55,817 nucleotides of DNA from assembly GCA_048939765.1 (NCBI GenBank), contig JBHLPF010000025.1, positions 1-55,817 on the forward strand. The letters run 5' to 3'. Source of the DNA: Promethearchaeota archaeon. Lineage in GTDB: Archaea; Asgardarchaeota; Thorarchaeia; Thorarchaeales; Thorarchaeaceae. Made by a program: the position numbers and the translations under genes. Numbering within the stretch: position 1 is the stretch's first letter; every line of letters begins with the position of its first letter. Of the stretch, positions 39,268 through 48,864 are shown in pieces. The notes beneath the pieces were generated by a model. The model ran no database searches and was not told the DNA's origin. It saw only the letters and a program-made list of their open reading frames with translations.

Positions 39268-40209
39268 CTAGAGTCCGAATGTAGTATTGTATACAAATGG
39301 AGAACCCCACTTCTCAAGAGCCTCTGAAACCTGTTTCTGCGTTTCTGCATCAGGAGTCACCGATATCATGTTTCCTCCCCGCCCTGTACCTGTGACTTTC
39401 GAGCCAATGGCACCGTTTCTCCTAGATATCTCGACCATCTCGTCCAACTCCCTGCACGAAACTGTCAGTTCTTGCAGGAGTTCATGGTTTCTGTTCATCA
39501 ATGATCCAACTCGGTCTATGTCAAGCCTACGGAGAGCATCACGTGCTTCATGAACCAGATCTTTGTACTCTGACGCGATTTTATCGAACCACTTAGGGTC
39601 TTTTTCTTTCTTTGCCCTAACATCCCCTACCACCTCTGTAGTACTCGCTGTGAGACCGGTTGATGCCACCGTCAAATGCACTGAATCGGATAGCTTCATC
39701 TTCTCAAAGGTCGGGGGTCCTCCACCAAGGTCCCTGATGTACCAGATGAGCCCTCCAAAAGTCGACGCAGTATTGTCAATCCCTGATGGCGTGCCATGAT
39801 ATCCTTTCTCACCCTCAAATGCGATCTCGTTTATCCTGTCGTCGTCAAATCCAAGGTCGAACTCGTCATTCAATGCACGAGCCAAAGAAACACAACTGGC
39901 TGCACTGGCTCCAAAACCTGACGCGCCGACCAAGTCGCCCTCATACTCGATAAAGATTCCCTTGTCACTAAGGTCGATGTCAGCAGCTTTGATTACATTG
40001 TTGATTGAAACGACCTGTTCATCTAACTTCTTAGCTTTGTAGCCTGGAACCTCTGGTCTTCTGTCATCAAGCCGCCAGCCAAGGCCTTTGGATCGGCTAA
40101 CGTATGCTATGGTCTTTGAGGATATTCCAGCAGCCAGCGCTGGAAGTCCATAGACCACAAAATGCTCGCCGAATAGGATGCTCTTGCCGAATCCTATGCC
40201 TTCGCCCAT
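39268..40209 (-). CDS. mvk: Mevalonate kinase
   Basis: KSILFGEHFVVYG, SGFGASAA, HGTPSGIDN, TGTGRGG. Confidence 0.95.
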   Translation of the reverse strand: MGEGIGFGKSILFGEHFVVYGLPALAAGISSKTIAYVSRSKGLGWRLDDRRPEVPGYKAKKLDEQVVSINNVIKAADIDLSDKGIFIEYEGDLVGASGFGASAASCVSLARALNDEFDLGFDDDRINEIAFEGEKGYHGTPSGIDNTASTFGGLIWYIRDLGGGPPTFEKMKLSDSVHLTVASTGLTASTTEVVGDVRAKKEKDPKWFDKIASEYKDLVHEARDALRRLDIDRVGSLMNRNHELLQELTVSCRELDEMVEISRRNGAIGSKVTGTGRGGNMISVTPDAETQKQVSEALEKWGSPFVYNTTFGL

Positions 40210-40338
40210 TCTCTCACACTCAGTCCCTGAGATTTGCAGTCGGAAGGCGTAACGTCACTTTTGAACTCTTCCTTAGTCCCCAATCCGATGATTTAGTACG
40301 CAAGACTCTTGTCTTTGCGTGATGATGGGACACTCAAC

Positions 40339-41301
40339 ATGAAAGTACTGGATCTCTTCTCAGGTGCCGGTGGCTTTTCCTCGGGCTTTGCAGATACGAG
40401 TGACACCCATCTTGCTGTAGACATTGATCCAGTAGCGTTGGAAACCTACTCTTTGAACTATCCCTCAGCCAAGGTAGTTCAGCGAGACATGGGAAGTCTT
40501 CATTCGATAGAATTGGAGCATGAGCTCGGAGGAATAGCTGACATCATCATAGCATCTCCACCATGTGAAGAGTTCAGCCAGGCCAATCCGGACAGCATGA
40601 AATCTGCTGCTGAGAGGATATATGGGACTGGTACCGCGCGCCTCCTGCTCGACACAATCAGGATAATCGGTGACCTAACACCTGAAGTATTTGTGATCGA
40701 GAACGTGGCTGCTCTTGTGAAGGCCGGAGGTAGAGAGATTGTCCGTCGTGAGCTTGAGAGAGTCGGGATTGATGATGTGTGGTTCAACCTAGTGCGAGCG
40801 CATCAACATGGCAATCCATCCAAGCGTCTTCGTCTATTCATTAGCAATGTGAAACTCAATCTTCCTCGTGGAGTTCCTCCCCGGGTGATGGAGGCTATCG
40901 GAGATTTGCCCCCATTAGACCAAGATGCTCTCTTTTCACCCCGAAATGAGGTCCCAAATCACGAACGACACTCAGTGACTGAGGAAAAGCTGAAAGAAAT
41001 CAGGAGGACTCGATGGCGCCATGGTGCCAAGCGTTTCCGAGCTAGTAGGAAGAGAAGTCTTCCCAATTGGGTTCGGTTGGCTCCTGATCAGATAGCAACA
41101 TCAATCATTGGTCTGTCTCGCTATATACATCCATTTGAAAATAGACTTCTCACTGTGCGTGAACACGCAAGACTCATGAGCTATCCTGACTCATTTGTTT
41201 TCACAGGACCAAAGGACAGTCAATACAATCAAGTGGGTGAGAGTGTTCCACCCCTGATATCACATCTAATTGCAGAGGAGGTCCAAACATACCTTGAATG
41301 A
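40339..41301 (+). CDS. Orphan C5-cytosine methyltransferase
   Basis: DLFSGAGG, SPPC, ENV, R.LTVRE.ARL, QVGESVPP. Confidence 0.9.
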   Translation: MKVLDLFSGAGGFSSGFADTSDTHLAVDIDPVALETYSLNYPSAKVVQRDMGSLHSIELEHELGGIADIIIASPPCEEFSQANPDSMKSAAERIYGTGTARLLLDTIRIIGDLTPEVFVIENVAALVKAGGREIVRRELERVGIDDVWFNLVRAHQHGNPSKRLRLFISNVKLNLPRGVPPRVMEAIGDLPPLDQDALFSPRNEVPNHERHSVTEEKLKEIRRTRWRHGAKRFRASRKRSLPNWVRLAPDQIATSIIGLSRYIHPFENRLLTVREHARLMSYPDSFVFTGPKDSQYNQVGESVPPLISHLIAEEVQTYLE

Positions 41302-41305
41302 AACA

Positions 41306-41770
41306 ATGAAAGACATCTACGTTGTGCTTCACAATGTTCATGCTGTGAGCAAAGTGATTGAAACTGCTCAGGTGGTCTATGGACTCGGCTTTCCTAACTT
41401 CATAGTGTCGAAAGCTGAAGGCTCTGCAGCTCAGACTGGAATTCCTGAGTCAAACCGCCTTGCTATGAAAATGAAGGGGAGCTTTGCGGTCTTGCCAGAC
41501 CTTAGCGATGTCCTTGAGATGCTGGGAGTTGAAAGCCCCATCATGATTGCGTCACCAGTGCTTGTCAAACAGCGCGCAGATATCACTGGAATTGCAAAGA
41601 GGATTCAGGATGGGGAGCGAATTGTGATAGCTCTCTCGGGAAGTAATAGCTCGTTCTCTCGGAAAGAAATGGACATGGGAGAGTGTTTCAGTCTCGAGGC
41701 CAAGGTAGACATAGGCCCTGCAGGTTCTGCAGCTATTCTTCTTCATGGCCTTGCTTCTGCTCTCTCATAG
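41306..41770 (+). CDS. SPOUT/SpoU-like protein (DUF2122-like)
   Basis: VVLHNV, KAEGSAAQTGIPE; paired with the C5-MTase. Confidence 0.65.
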   Translation: MKDIYVVLHNVHAVSKVIETAQVVYGLGFPNFIVSKAEGSAAQTGIPESNRLAMKMKGSFAVLPDLSDVLEMLGVESPIMIASPVLVKQRADITGIAKRIQDGERIVIALSGSNSSFSRKEMDMGECFSLEAKVDIGPAGSAAILLHGLASALS

Positions 41771-41795
41771 CACTTTTAGTCAGAAAATAAAGTAG

Positions 41796-41872
41796 TGGTG
41801 GGCCGGACGAGATTCGAACTCGCGATCCCTTGGATCCGAACCAAGAATCATACCAAGCTAGACCACCGACCC
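41796..41872 (-). tRNA. tRNA-Pro(CGG), intronless
   Basis: GGGTCGG...CTTGG-TTCGGAT-CCAAG...TTCGAAT...CCGGCCC-A-CCA. Confidence 0.95.
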
Positions 41873-41899
41873 ATGGCTGCAGTCATTCCTCCGTGGGAG

Positions 41900-42730
41900 T
41901 CATTTAATCGTTTCGTTGAATTTCTGTTGCAGTGACTCTACTGTTCCAAGATAGACCCCAGAAACGCTATAGACTTCGGATCTAAGCAAGTCTGCGCACT
42001 TGTTCTCAAATATGGGCCCTTGGAACTTGGTTTTTGCAGAGTTCACCTGTAGTCCAGCAAACATCTCATTGAAGCTCGGTAGAGTAATCAGCGTCCCAAA
42101 ACAATCATTTGCGTCCTGAAGGACTCCCATCTCTTGACGTACACAGTTCTTATCTAGCTTCGACTTTAGAACTATGGGAATCACTCCGGCGTATCGCTTT
42201 CTATCAGGTCTATCCAGCTCTGGAGCATCGACAGCCCTGACACTGCGTATTGTAGGATGATTGTGTCCTATCACTAGACTCTCGGAATCCAATACCTCTG
42301 GAGATGGCCAAGCATGTCCATGGGAAAGACCAATTCTCTCCCCCATCCCAATTACAATGCCCCGTACATCCACAACTGTGACTTTCCGAGGTAGAAGTGG
42401 AAGCAGATCCCCATCATGATTCCCAGGAATCACATAGGTAGGAGCAAAGTCTGCCAGCGTTGACATGAAATCTGGAATCAGACTCCAGTTGAAGTGACTG
42501 TGTGCAGTTATTGTGTGCTTGACATCTCCAATGACATAGATCTCTGTAACATCATATTTCTCATCAAGAGCCAAAATCCTTTCTATCATGCTTTTGTGTT
42601 GGGAGGGGAACGAAACCCCCTTGGTCTCATACACCTCATGTTCATACCCAAGATGAAGATCGGCTATCAATAGAAACGTCTTCTCATCACTATGAATCAC
42701 TAGTGCACGGTCCTCGAAGACGGTTTCCAT
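41900..42730 (-). CDS. Calcineurin-like metallophosphoesterase (Lhr-associated MPE type)
   Basis: ADLHLG, GDVKH, GNHD, HGH, GHNHP, LPSFN. Confidence 0.9.
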   Translation of the reverse strand: METVFEDRALVIHSDEKTFLLIADLHLGYEHEVYETKGVSFPSQHKSMIERILALDEKYDVTEIYVIGDVKHTITAHSHFNWSLIPDFMSTLADFAPTYVIPGNHDGDLLPLLPRKVTVVDVRGIVIGMGERIGLSHGHAWPSPEVLDSESLVIGHNHPTIRSVRAVDAPELDRPDRKRYAGVIPIVLKSKLDKNCVRQEMGVLQDANDCFGTLITLPSFNEMFAGLQVNSAKTKFQGPIFENKCADLLRSEVYSVSGVYLGTVESLQQKFNETIK

Positions 42731-42788
42731 TGCATTAAAACGTCGATGATACAACATTTTAAGCTGACCGTATAGACTTCTGATTGAC

Positions 42789-43175
42789 ATGTCCCTCCCC
42801 ATTACTGAAGTTAAACGCCTATCCAAGGATGAACTGACTCAGAGTGATATAGAATATTTCCGTGAGAAGTATGGTAAGCGGTTCATTCGAGCTCTTAGAG
42901 CAGTCGAAGAGGGCAGAGCTATCAAATATCTCTTCGAGCCAAGCAAAACCACCAAATGGGTCGTACGCGGGCAGCGGCGGGAATATCTCGTCATTCCCCA
43001 AATATTTTGTACGTGTCGTAGCTTCTATCATTCCGTGGTAATAGAGCGGGAGATTACCATGTGCTACCATCTTCTGGCTCAACGGATTGCTGAGATTCGT
43101 GACCAATACAAATTGATTCAATCAACCGATGCCGAGAGGCGTAGGATGAGTTCAGAACTTAGGCGAACCGACTAG
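42789..43175 (+). CDS. SWIM zinc-finger protein (Sws1/ZSWIM7-like)
   Basis: CTC..F....MCYHLLA (CxC-n-CxH). Confidence 0.8.
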   Translation: MSLPITEVKRLSKDELTQSDIEYFREKYGKRFIRALRAVEEGRAIKYLFEPSKTTKWVVRGQRREYLVIPQIFCTCRSFYHSVVIEREITMCYHLLAQRIAEIRDQYKLIQSTDAERRRMSSELRRTD

Positions 43176-43265
43176 AATCCCTAGATACAATCATCGAACT
43201 GAGGATAACTTTTTAACACAGCCCAGAGTCTGCCACGCTGACGGAGCCAAAGGTCGGACAAGCTC

Positions 43266-44354
43266 ATGCCACGCTACAGAAGAGCATTAAGTATAGTGTC
43301 AGCAGTTATCGCGGTTATGATTCTACTATCCTGCTTTCAGGTCACAGTACGTGCACAGACTGACCTTGATCCCATTGTTGTCCTCTATGACGCAGAGCAC
43401 TCACCTCAGTTCTCAGCAACAGATGAGGAAGACGGATTGAAACTGATGCTCGACATGGTCAACGCATCCACGAGATACATTGTGAAAGTAAATGAAGACC
43501 CAATTCGTAACTATACACTGAGTGATGTGGATATACTGATAGTCGCCAGTCCCGATGAGAGTAACGAGTTCACCGTATCAGAGGTAGCTGCTATAGATGA
43601 GATGTTGAACAATGGCAGTTCTCTGATGCTATTAGGTGACGCATCCATCGGACAGAACTCGACCTACTGGTCCGATTCTCAATTTCAAGACCTTGGGGAA
43701 ACCATCGCAATAAACCGTCTTCTCGACTCTCTAAACATCACTGGACCGAGATTCAGTTTAAACTATAGTGTGTCTGATAACAGGTATTGGGGCGATGCCC
43801 TGTTTGATTGGAATGAAACGCTGAATGCAACCTATCCTTGGGTCATCAGCATGGACTCCAGCACATGGGACTCCACGCATCCCATCTTCAAGAACATCAA
43901 TGAGCTCGTTCTGATGACAGCCACACTGAAACCAATCCCTCTGGCTAGTTCAATCGCGAGAGGCTATGAGACCTCGTTTGCACAGTACAAGTTGACCAGT
44001 TCTGCTATGGCCAACTACACCTATGTCAACCAGACTCTGTTTGAGGAACGTCCTCTGTCATATTCTGCCATAAACGCGTCATTTCCCTCATGGATGTCGG
44101 CCTTCGAGTTCAACAAGAGTCGAATAGTCATCTCGGGCTCCACGATAATGTTCAGTGGACGCGAACTCGATATTGAAAACGTTGATAGACAATGGTTCTA
44201 TGAGGCAGACAATTCCCGTCTATTCATGAACATGCTTGAGTGGTTGTCAGAAGAGTTTGTTGAGGCTCCAGAGGCCATAACCCCAATGCTACTGATATCA
44301 GGAGTAGTCCTTGCTGTAGGTGTAGCGTTCTATATCATGAAGAAGAAACGATAG
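43266..44354 (+). CDS. Secreted, C-terminally anchored glycoprotein with a GldG/IFT52-like (GIFT) domain
   Basis: Signal peptide, VLYDAEH, LSDVDILIVASP...EVAAIDEML.NG.SLMLLGD, N..LF.NMLEWL, C-terminal TM followed by KKKR. Confidence 0.65.
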   Translation: MPRYRRALSIVSAVIAVMILLSCFQVTVRAQTDLDPIVVLYDAEHSPQFSATDEEDGLKLMLDMVNASTRYIVKVNEDPIRNYTLSDVDILIVASPDESNEFTVSEVAAIDEMLNNGSSLMLLGDASIGQNSTYWSDSQFQDLGETIAINRLLDSLNITGPRFSLNYSVSDNRYWGDALFDWNETLNATYPWVISMDSSTWDSTHPIFKNINELVLMTATLKPIPLASSIARGYETSFAQYKLTSSAMANYTYVNQTLFEERPLSYSAINASFPSWMSAFEFNKSRIVISGSTIMFSGRELDIENVDRQWFYEADNSRLFMNMLEWLSEEFVEAPEAITPMLLISGVVLAVGVAFYIMKKKR

Positions 44355-44356
44355 CA

Positions 44357-44947
44357 TCACCATTCGGGTGTTTCCAACCCTGACTGCACCAGAACCGTTT
44401 CCACAGCTTGTTTGAGGTCAGGAATTCCTTGTTTCCTATGAGCAGCCAGTGGTACAACATACGGCGCTCTGGATGGAAGGGCCTTTCTGAGTTTGAAAAC
44501 CAGATATTCCAGCTCTGCCGATTGCTGACGTTTCTTCAACTTGTCTATTTTATTGGCCACAACAATGACATGAGGAGCTATTTCGGACAGGAAGGTATAG
44601 AACTCGACATCAATAGGAATCTCATCACGTGCTTCCCATCGTTCCACTAGTTCTCTGAAAAGAGAAATGTCTACTATCAGCACCGCAAGAACCAGGCGGT
44701 CACTCCATTCCTCGAGTTTCTGAATAATAGTCGTCTTCATCTCATCGATCCCAGTCTTACTCATGCCAGATATGTGTCCAAATCCTGGAATGTCCACAAA
44801 CGTCACTGGTCCCATGCCAATCATGATTTCCCATCGCGTACTTCCAGGTTTCTTGCCTACTCTGACCTTCCTACCAGTGAGAGCTCTGATTGTACTACTT
44901 TTTCCAACATTACTCCTTCCAGCAAAGACCACGAGAGGCTCTTTCAA
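44357..44947 (-). CDS. engB: EngB/YihA GTP-binding protein
   Basis: GRSNVGKSS, DIPGFG, NKID. Confidence 0.88.
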   Translation of the reverse strand: MKEPLVVFAGRSNVGKSSTIRALTGRKVRVGKKPGSTRWEIMIGMGPVTFVDIPGFGHISGMSKTGIDEMKTTIIQKLEEWSDRLVLAVLIVDISLFRELVERWEARDEIPIDVEFYTFLSEIAPHVIVVANKIDKLKKRQQSAELEYLVFKLRKALPSRAPYVVPLAAHRKQGIPDLKQAVETVLVQSGLETPEW

Positions 44948-44948
44948 A

Positions 44949-47792
44949 TCAGTCCCTCCAGAACGGACGCGTTCGTGCATACTCCCTTTCTGCCTTAGCA
45001 ATTTCCCTTAGGAGAGAATGACGATCTGTAAGTCCTGGCTTCAAGATTCTCGCTGCGGTTGTTGCTCCAATACCCTGTCCAGCAAGTACCAGTAGCGCTC
45101 TCTTCCCATAATCAGATACTAGGGTTGCCATTAGACCTCCTGCTCTGTATTTCTTCTCCTCTGACTTTGTGAGAGGCTTGCCAGCAACTCGTTTGGCTAC
45201 TATCTTCGTGAAGTCTTTGTCTGTCGGAGACAGCACGGCAATCATTTTGGACCCACAGACGGGACATGAAACGATATCATCCATTGTTGATACGGTCCGT
45301 GTTGAGTCCCAGTGTCCCTTCGCCATACATACAAGCCTGAACCGTTTTGCAAGAAGGCGGTCTTCCATCATAGCCAACACTTCCTCCTCATCGCTAATCT
45401 CTCCAATCACCTCGAAACGTGTCTTTTCCTCAACTATGAGTCGTGCCAAATGCGATGGTCTCTCTGTTCTTGAGAATCTGACTTCGAGTTTGCCTGAGCT
45501 CCCTTTATCGAATATAGCCGCCACACGGCGCTCATCCAGCTTCTCATCCAAGACCTCTCTCATCGCTTCATCAAAGACAGGCGAATTCTCATAGGCCTTG
45601 ATTAATCGCTTGACCGGAATCTCCCGAAACTTGGCATCTTTTCTGATTATGCCCATTCTTCTGCCAACATGGATGAATCGGGATGCGAAGTTCTGAGTGG
45701 TCTTGATGGTCTTTCTGAGAATCATAGATGCCTGATTGCCGTTATAGTCTTTCAATACATCTGCAACATGTTCAGGCTCGATTCGGATACCAGATGTGAA
45801 CAGGATACGGTATGGATCTCTCTCAACAGCGACACTCACTCCCATACGCGTGGTGAGAAGTGCAGCAATGACTAATCCAAGAGTTTCATTGGTTCTTGTC
45901 CCCAAGGGTGCATGAAGAACAAGTCCAGTACGGAAGTCCTCTATGACAAACAGGTCCTCCAATGGCAGAAGTCCTAGCTCCGCCTTTGCCTTCTTTACAC
46001 TCTCAATCACATGCTTCTGACCTTCCTCGTCTATTCCATACTCTCTTCTCAGCCACTCTCTGCCTTTTTTCTCGTCTTTCTCTGCCAAAGCACTCCAGAC
46101 CTTAGCGACCTCAGTGGCGACTTCGAATGGTACTGGAATCATCTCCCCCAGCCATCTAGGAGCTTCCGTATCGACATCTGTCACAGGTGCACAAAGAACC
46201 TCGTCCTCCTCGATACTGACAACCTGCCAGGGTCGCCCTCTTATTACAAAGACAGAACCAGCATCAACGTTCTGTGTCACATAGTCTTCATCCAGTACAC
46301 CAATGCTTGAACGAGTAGCCATGTCTAATGCATTGACCTTTCGTACATCAGGAATGGTACTCAAATGTTCATAGTAGAAAGCTCGTGTTCTCTTGTTTCT
46401 GGTGACTTTTCCATTCTCCAAGGCTGCGAGTTTCTTCTCTTCCATGAAGTCCAAGATGCAGGTGAGATCACTGAAACTTAGACTATGATAGGGGAATGCA
46501 AGTGAGAGAATATCGAAGAGTTCTGAATAATCCACTTCCTGTTTGTCTAGTAGAATCCCACAGATTTGATGACACAACACATCCCATGCCCTCATTGGTA
46601 TCTCTGCTCTCTCAACCTTGTTTACGAGAGCCCGTCTTAGAATAACGCCTGACTCGGTTATGTCATCCAGATTCATTGTTGCCAGAATGATTCCCTCAGC
46701 TGTTTTACCAATACCATGACCGGCCCGTCCTGTACGTTGTAGTGCCCTTGATACCTCACGTGGACTGCTGTACTGAATGACAAGATCTGCCTGACCGATG
46801 TCAATACCAAGCTCGAGACTGGAGGTGGCAATTATCGCCTTGGAATCGCCGCTTTTCAGCCGCTCCTCAGCGGAGATTCGAACATCTTTAGAGAGCGAAC
46901 CGTGATGCACATCAAACTCAAATGGTGGCTTACTCAGCCTCATCTTGGCTCCAAGAGTTTCAGCAAATGAACGTGTGTTTGTGAAGACTATGGTCGATTC
47001 ATGTGTGTCGACAAGACTCATGATTCTATCAAGTCGAGCAGTTGAATGTGGGGGATAAACCAGTTTTCTTGCCATTCTCTTATGTTGTGGGCTTGGAGTT
47101 GGTACTTCTACTCTCAACCTCATCATCCGTGAGTCATACCCTGCCCAGATGGTCTTCACAGTTCGAGTCGATCCACCAAGTAGCTTTGCAACCTCTGCAG
47201 TATTTCCAACTGTAGCTGAGAGTCCTACACGTTGAATGGGATTGTCAACAAGGTGCTCCAATCTCTCAAGTCCTAAGCTAAGCTGAGTTCCCCTCTTACT
47301 ATCAGCGAGCTCATGAATCTCATCAACGACAACTGCGAATATGGATTTTAAATGGTATCTCAGACGTTTTCCGGGAAGAATCGCTTGAAGTGTCTCTGGA
47401 GTTGTTATCAACAAGTTGGGTGGTTTCAGGGCCTGCTTTCTACGCTGATATTGTGTTGTATCGCCATGACGTACATCCACAGTCAATCCGAGATGCTCAC
47501 AGAGCTCTTCTATTCTCTTGAACACATCACGATTAAGAGCCCTTAGAGGAGTGACGTAGAGCACATAAAACCCAAAGAGCTCACGTTGGCTCTTCAGCTT
47601 TTGGAGTTTATCCAGTAGTGGCAAAAGCGCAGCTTCGGTCTTTCCGCTTCCAGTAGGAGAGAGAAGAAGTGCATTCCGCCTCTCGCCCAACACGACTGGA
47701 ATGGCCTTTTCCTGAATCGGAGTGGCAGATGTGATGCCTTGGGTTGCTAGGAAATCAACGATGTTCCTACTGAGATGTGAGAACGCACTCAT
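44949..47792 (-). CDS. lhr: Lhr-family SF2 helicase
   Basis: PTGSGKT, DEIH, SAT, HHGSLS, SLELGID, QRTGRAGH; C-terminal Cys/Zn motif. Confidence 0.93.
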   Translation of the reverse strand: MSAFSHLSRNIVDFLATQGITSATPIQEKAIPVVLGERRNALLLSPTGSGKTEAALLPLLDKLQKLKSQRELFGFYVLYVTPLRALNRDVFKRIEELCEHLGLTVDVRHGDTTQYQRRKQALKPPNLLITTPETLQAILPGKRLRYHLKSIFAVVVDEIHELADSKRGTQLSLGLERLEHLVDNPIQRVGLSATVGNTAEVAKLLGGSTRTVKTIWAGYDSRMMRLRVEVPTPSPQHKRMARKLVYPPHSTARLDRIMSLVDTHESTIVFTNTRSFAETLGAKMRLSKPPFEFDVHHGSLSKDVRISAEERLKSGDSKAIIATSSLELGIDIGQADLVIQYSSPREVSRALQRTGRAGHGIGKTAEGIILATMNLDDITESGVILRRALVNKVERAEIPMRAWDVLCHQICGILLDKQEVDYSELFDILSLAFPYHSLSFSDLTCILDFMEEKKLAALENGKVTRNKRTRAFYYEHLSTIPDVRKVNALDMATRSSIGVLDEDYVTQNVDAGSVFVIRGRPWQVVSIEEDEVLCAPVTDVDTEAPRWLGEMIPVPFEVATEVAKVWSALAEKDEKKGREWLRREYGIDEEGQKHVIESVKKAKAELGLLPLEDLFVIEDFRTGLVLHAPLGTRTNETLGLVIAALLTTRMGVSVAVERDPYRILFTSGIRIEPEHVADVLKDYNGNQASMILRKTIKTTQNFASRFIHVGRRMGIIRKDAKFREIPVKRLIKAYENSPVFDEAMREVLDEKLDERRVAAIFDKGSSGKLEVRFSRTERPSHLARLIVEEKTRFEVIGEISDEEEVLAMMEDRLLAKRFRLVCMAKGHWDSTRTVSTMDDIVSCPVCGSKMIAVLSPTDKDFTKIVAKRVAGKPLTKSEEKKYRAGGLMATLVSDYGKRALLVLAGQGIGATTAARILKPGLTDRHSLLREIAKAEREYARTRPFWRD

Positions 47793-48025
47793 GGAGAAGT
47801 CTTCCTTCTCACCAGATGCTGCGTTTCATTGATTAATATGCGCAAATCAGTCTGGAGTGTTACTTCTGCTCCTTCCATTTCGCGTTCAAGGAGTTGAATA
47901 ATATCATCAAGAGAGTAGCCATGACCAGAAAGCCTCTCTACTACGGACTTTACAGTGTCTAGATTTGCCATATGTCCTGCCGAGTTCTCAAAGGCACGAA
48001 GAAACAAGTCATCAGAACTCATCAT
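47789..48025 (-). CDS. Hypothetical protein
   Basis: 78-aa ORF overlapping the lhr start (ATGA), with GGAGG SD. Confidence 0.65.
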   Translation of the reverse strand: MMSSDDLFLRAFENSAGHMANLDTVKSVVERLSGHGYSLDDIIQLLEREMEGAEVTLQTDLRILINETQHLVRRKTSP

Positions 48026-48037
48026 GAGTAGCCTCCG

Positions 48038-48148
48038 CTACTCCTCTTCCTCTTCTCCCCAGACGGAATAGGCTAGAATCAGCATTAAGGTGACAACACC
48101 CATCGCGACTAGGATAAGGAACACAATTGACTCGATGAGTATCTGCAT
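48038..48148 (-). CDS. 36-aa single-TM peptide with acidic tail (not in ORF track)
   Basis: MQILIESIVFLILVAMGVVTLMLILAYSVWGEEEEE. Confidence 0.6.
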   Translation of the reverse strand: MQILIESIVFLILVAMGVVTLMLILAYSVWGEEEEE

Positions 48149-48209
48149 AGGAATCCCGCGTTCTCGGATTTGCTCCACTTATAATCATTGCTGATTACAG
48201 GTCTTTGTA

Positions 48210-48464
48210 CTAGACAACCTCGGCCTTTCTGCTCTCATAGAACTTGTCGATGAATGCACCGTAGATGTCAACTGGCTCCGTCAAGGGATTGACTTCATCA
48301 ATGGACATCTCAAGCCCGCACGAGCCACACTTGACATTGGCAAAACCATTGTTGCGATATAGCTCAATCTTAATCGATGTGTTTCCGCAGTCAGGACATG
48401 GATATACGTCTGGTATGCGTTTCTGTGGACGCCGTCGAACTTTCTGTCTCCGTCTTCTTCCCAT
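48210..48464 (-). CDS. elf1: Transcription elongation factor Elf1
   Basis: MGRRRR, CPDC...CGSC, EPVDIYGAFID. Confidence 0.92.
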   Translation of the reverse strand: MGRRRRQKVRRRPQKRIPDVYPCPDCGNTSIKIELYRNNGFANVKCGSCGLEMSIDEVNPLTEPVDIYGAFIDKFYESRKAEVV

Positions 48465-48621
48465 GATGAATCACCTCTATCTATGTCCCACAAAAGAGGG
48501 AATAAGCCAATAGAAGTAGAGCGGGCTGCACCTGCCTGGAATTCATTTAAGCCTTATGATGCCTCAAAATCAAGGTCAGAGCAAAGCGTTCATATTGATG
48601 CCGGTCCCGCAGCTAAATACG

Positions 48622-48852
48622 ATGTCAAACCTCTCACGAAATGCGGAATGTGTCCTGAAGATTCTACAGAATGCAGCAGAGCCCCTCACGACATCTGAGA
48701 TTCTTGAATCTGCACGCGATGAAGAGCTCTCCGATATCTGTCAAGACTGTGCCGGTGGCGACACATTCATCGTCGCTGCTCGACAACTCGTAGACAAGGG
48801 GCTCATAACAAAGAAGCTCGCCAAAGGAGGCTATCGCTGGCAATTGGCATAG
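48622..48852 (+). CDS. Small winged-helix protein with CxxC
   Basis: VLKIL...PLTTSEI...CQDC...LVDKGLI....GGYRW. Confidence 0.65.
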   Translation: MSNLSRNAECVLKILQNAAEPLTTSEILESARDEELSDICQDCAGGDTFIVAARQLVDKGLITKKLAKGGYRWQLA

Positions 48853-48864
48853 GACGATGATACT

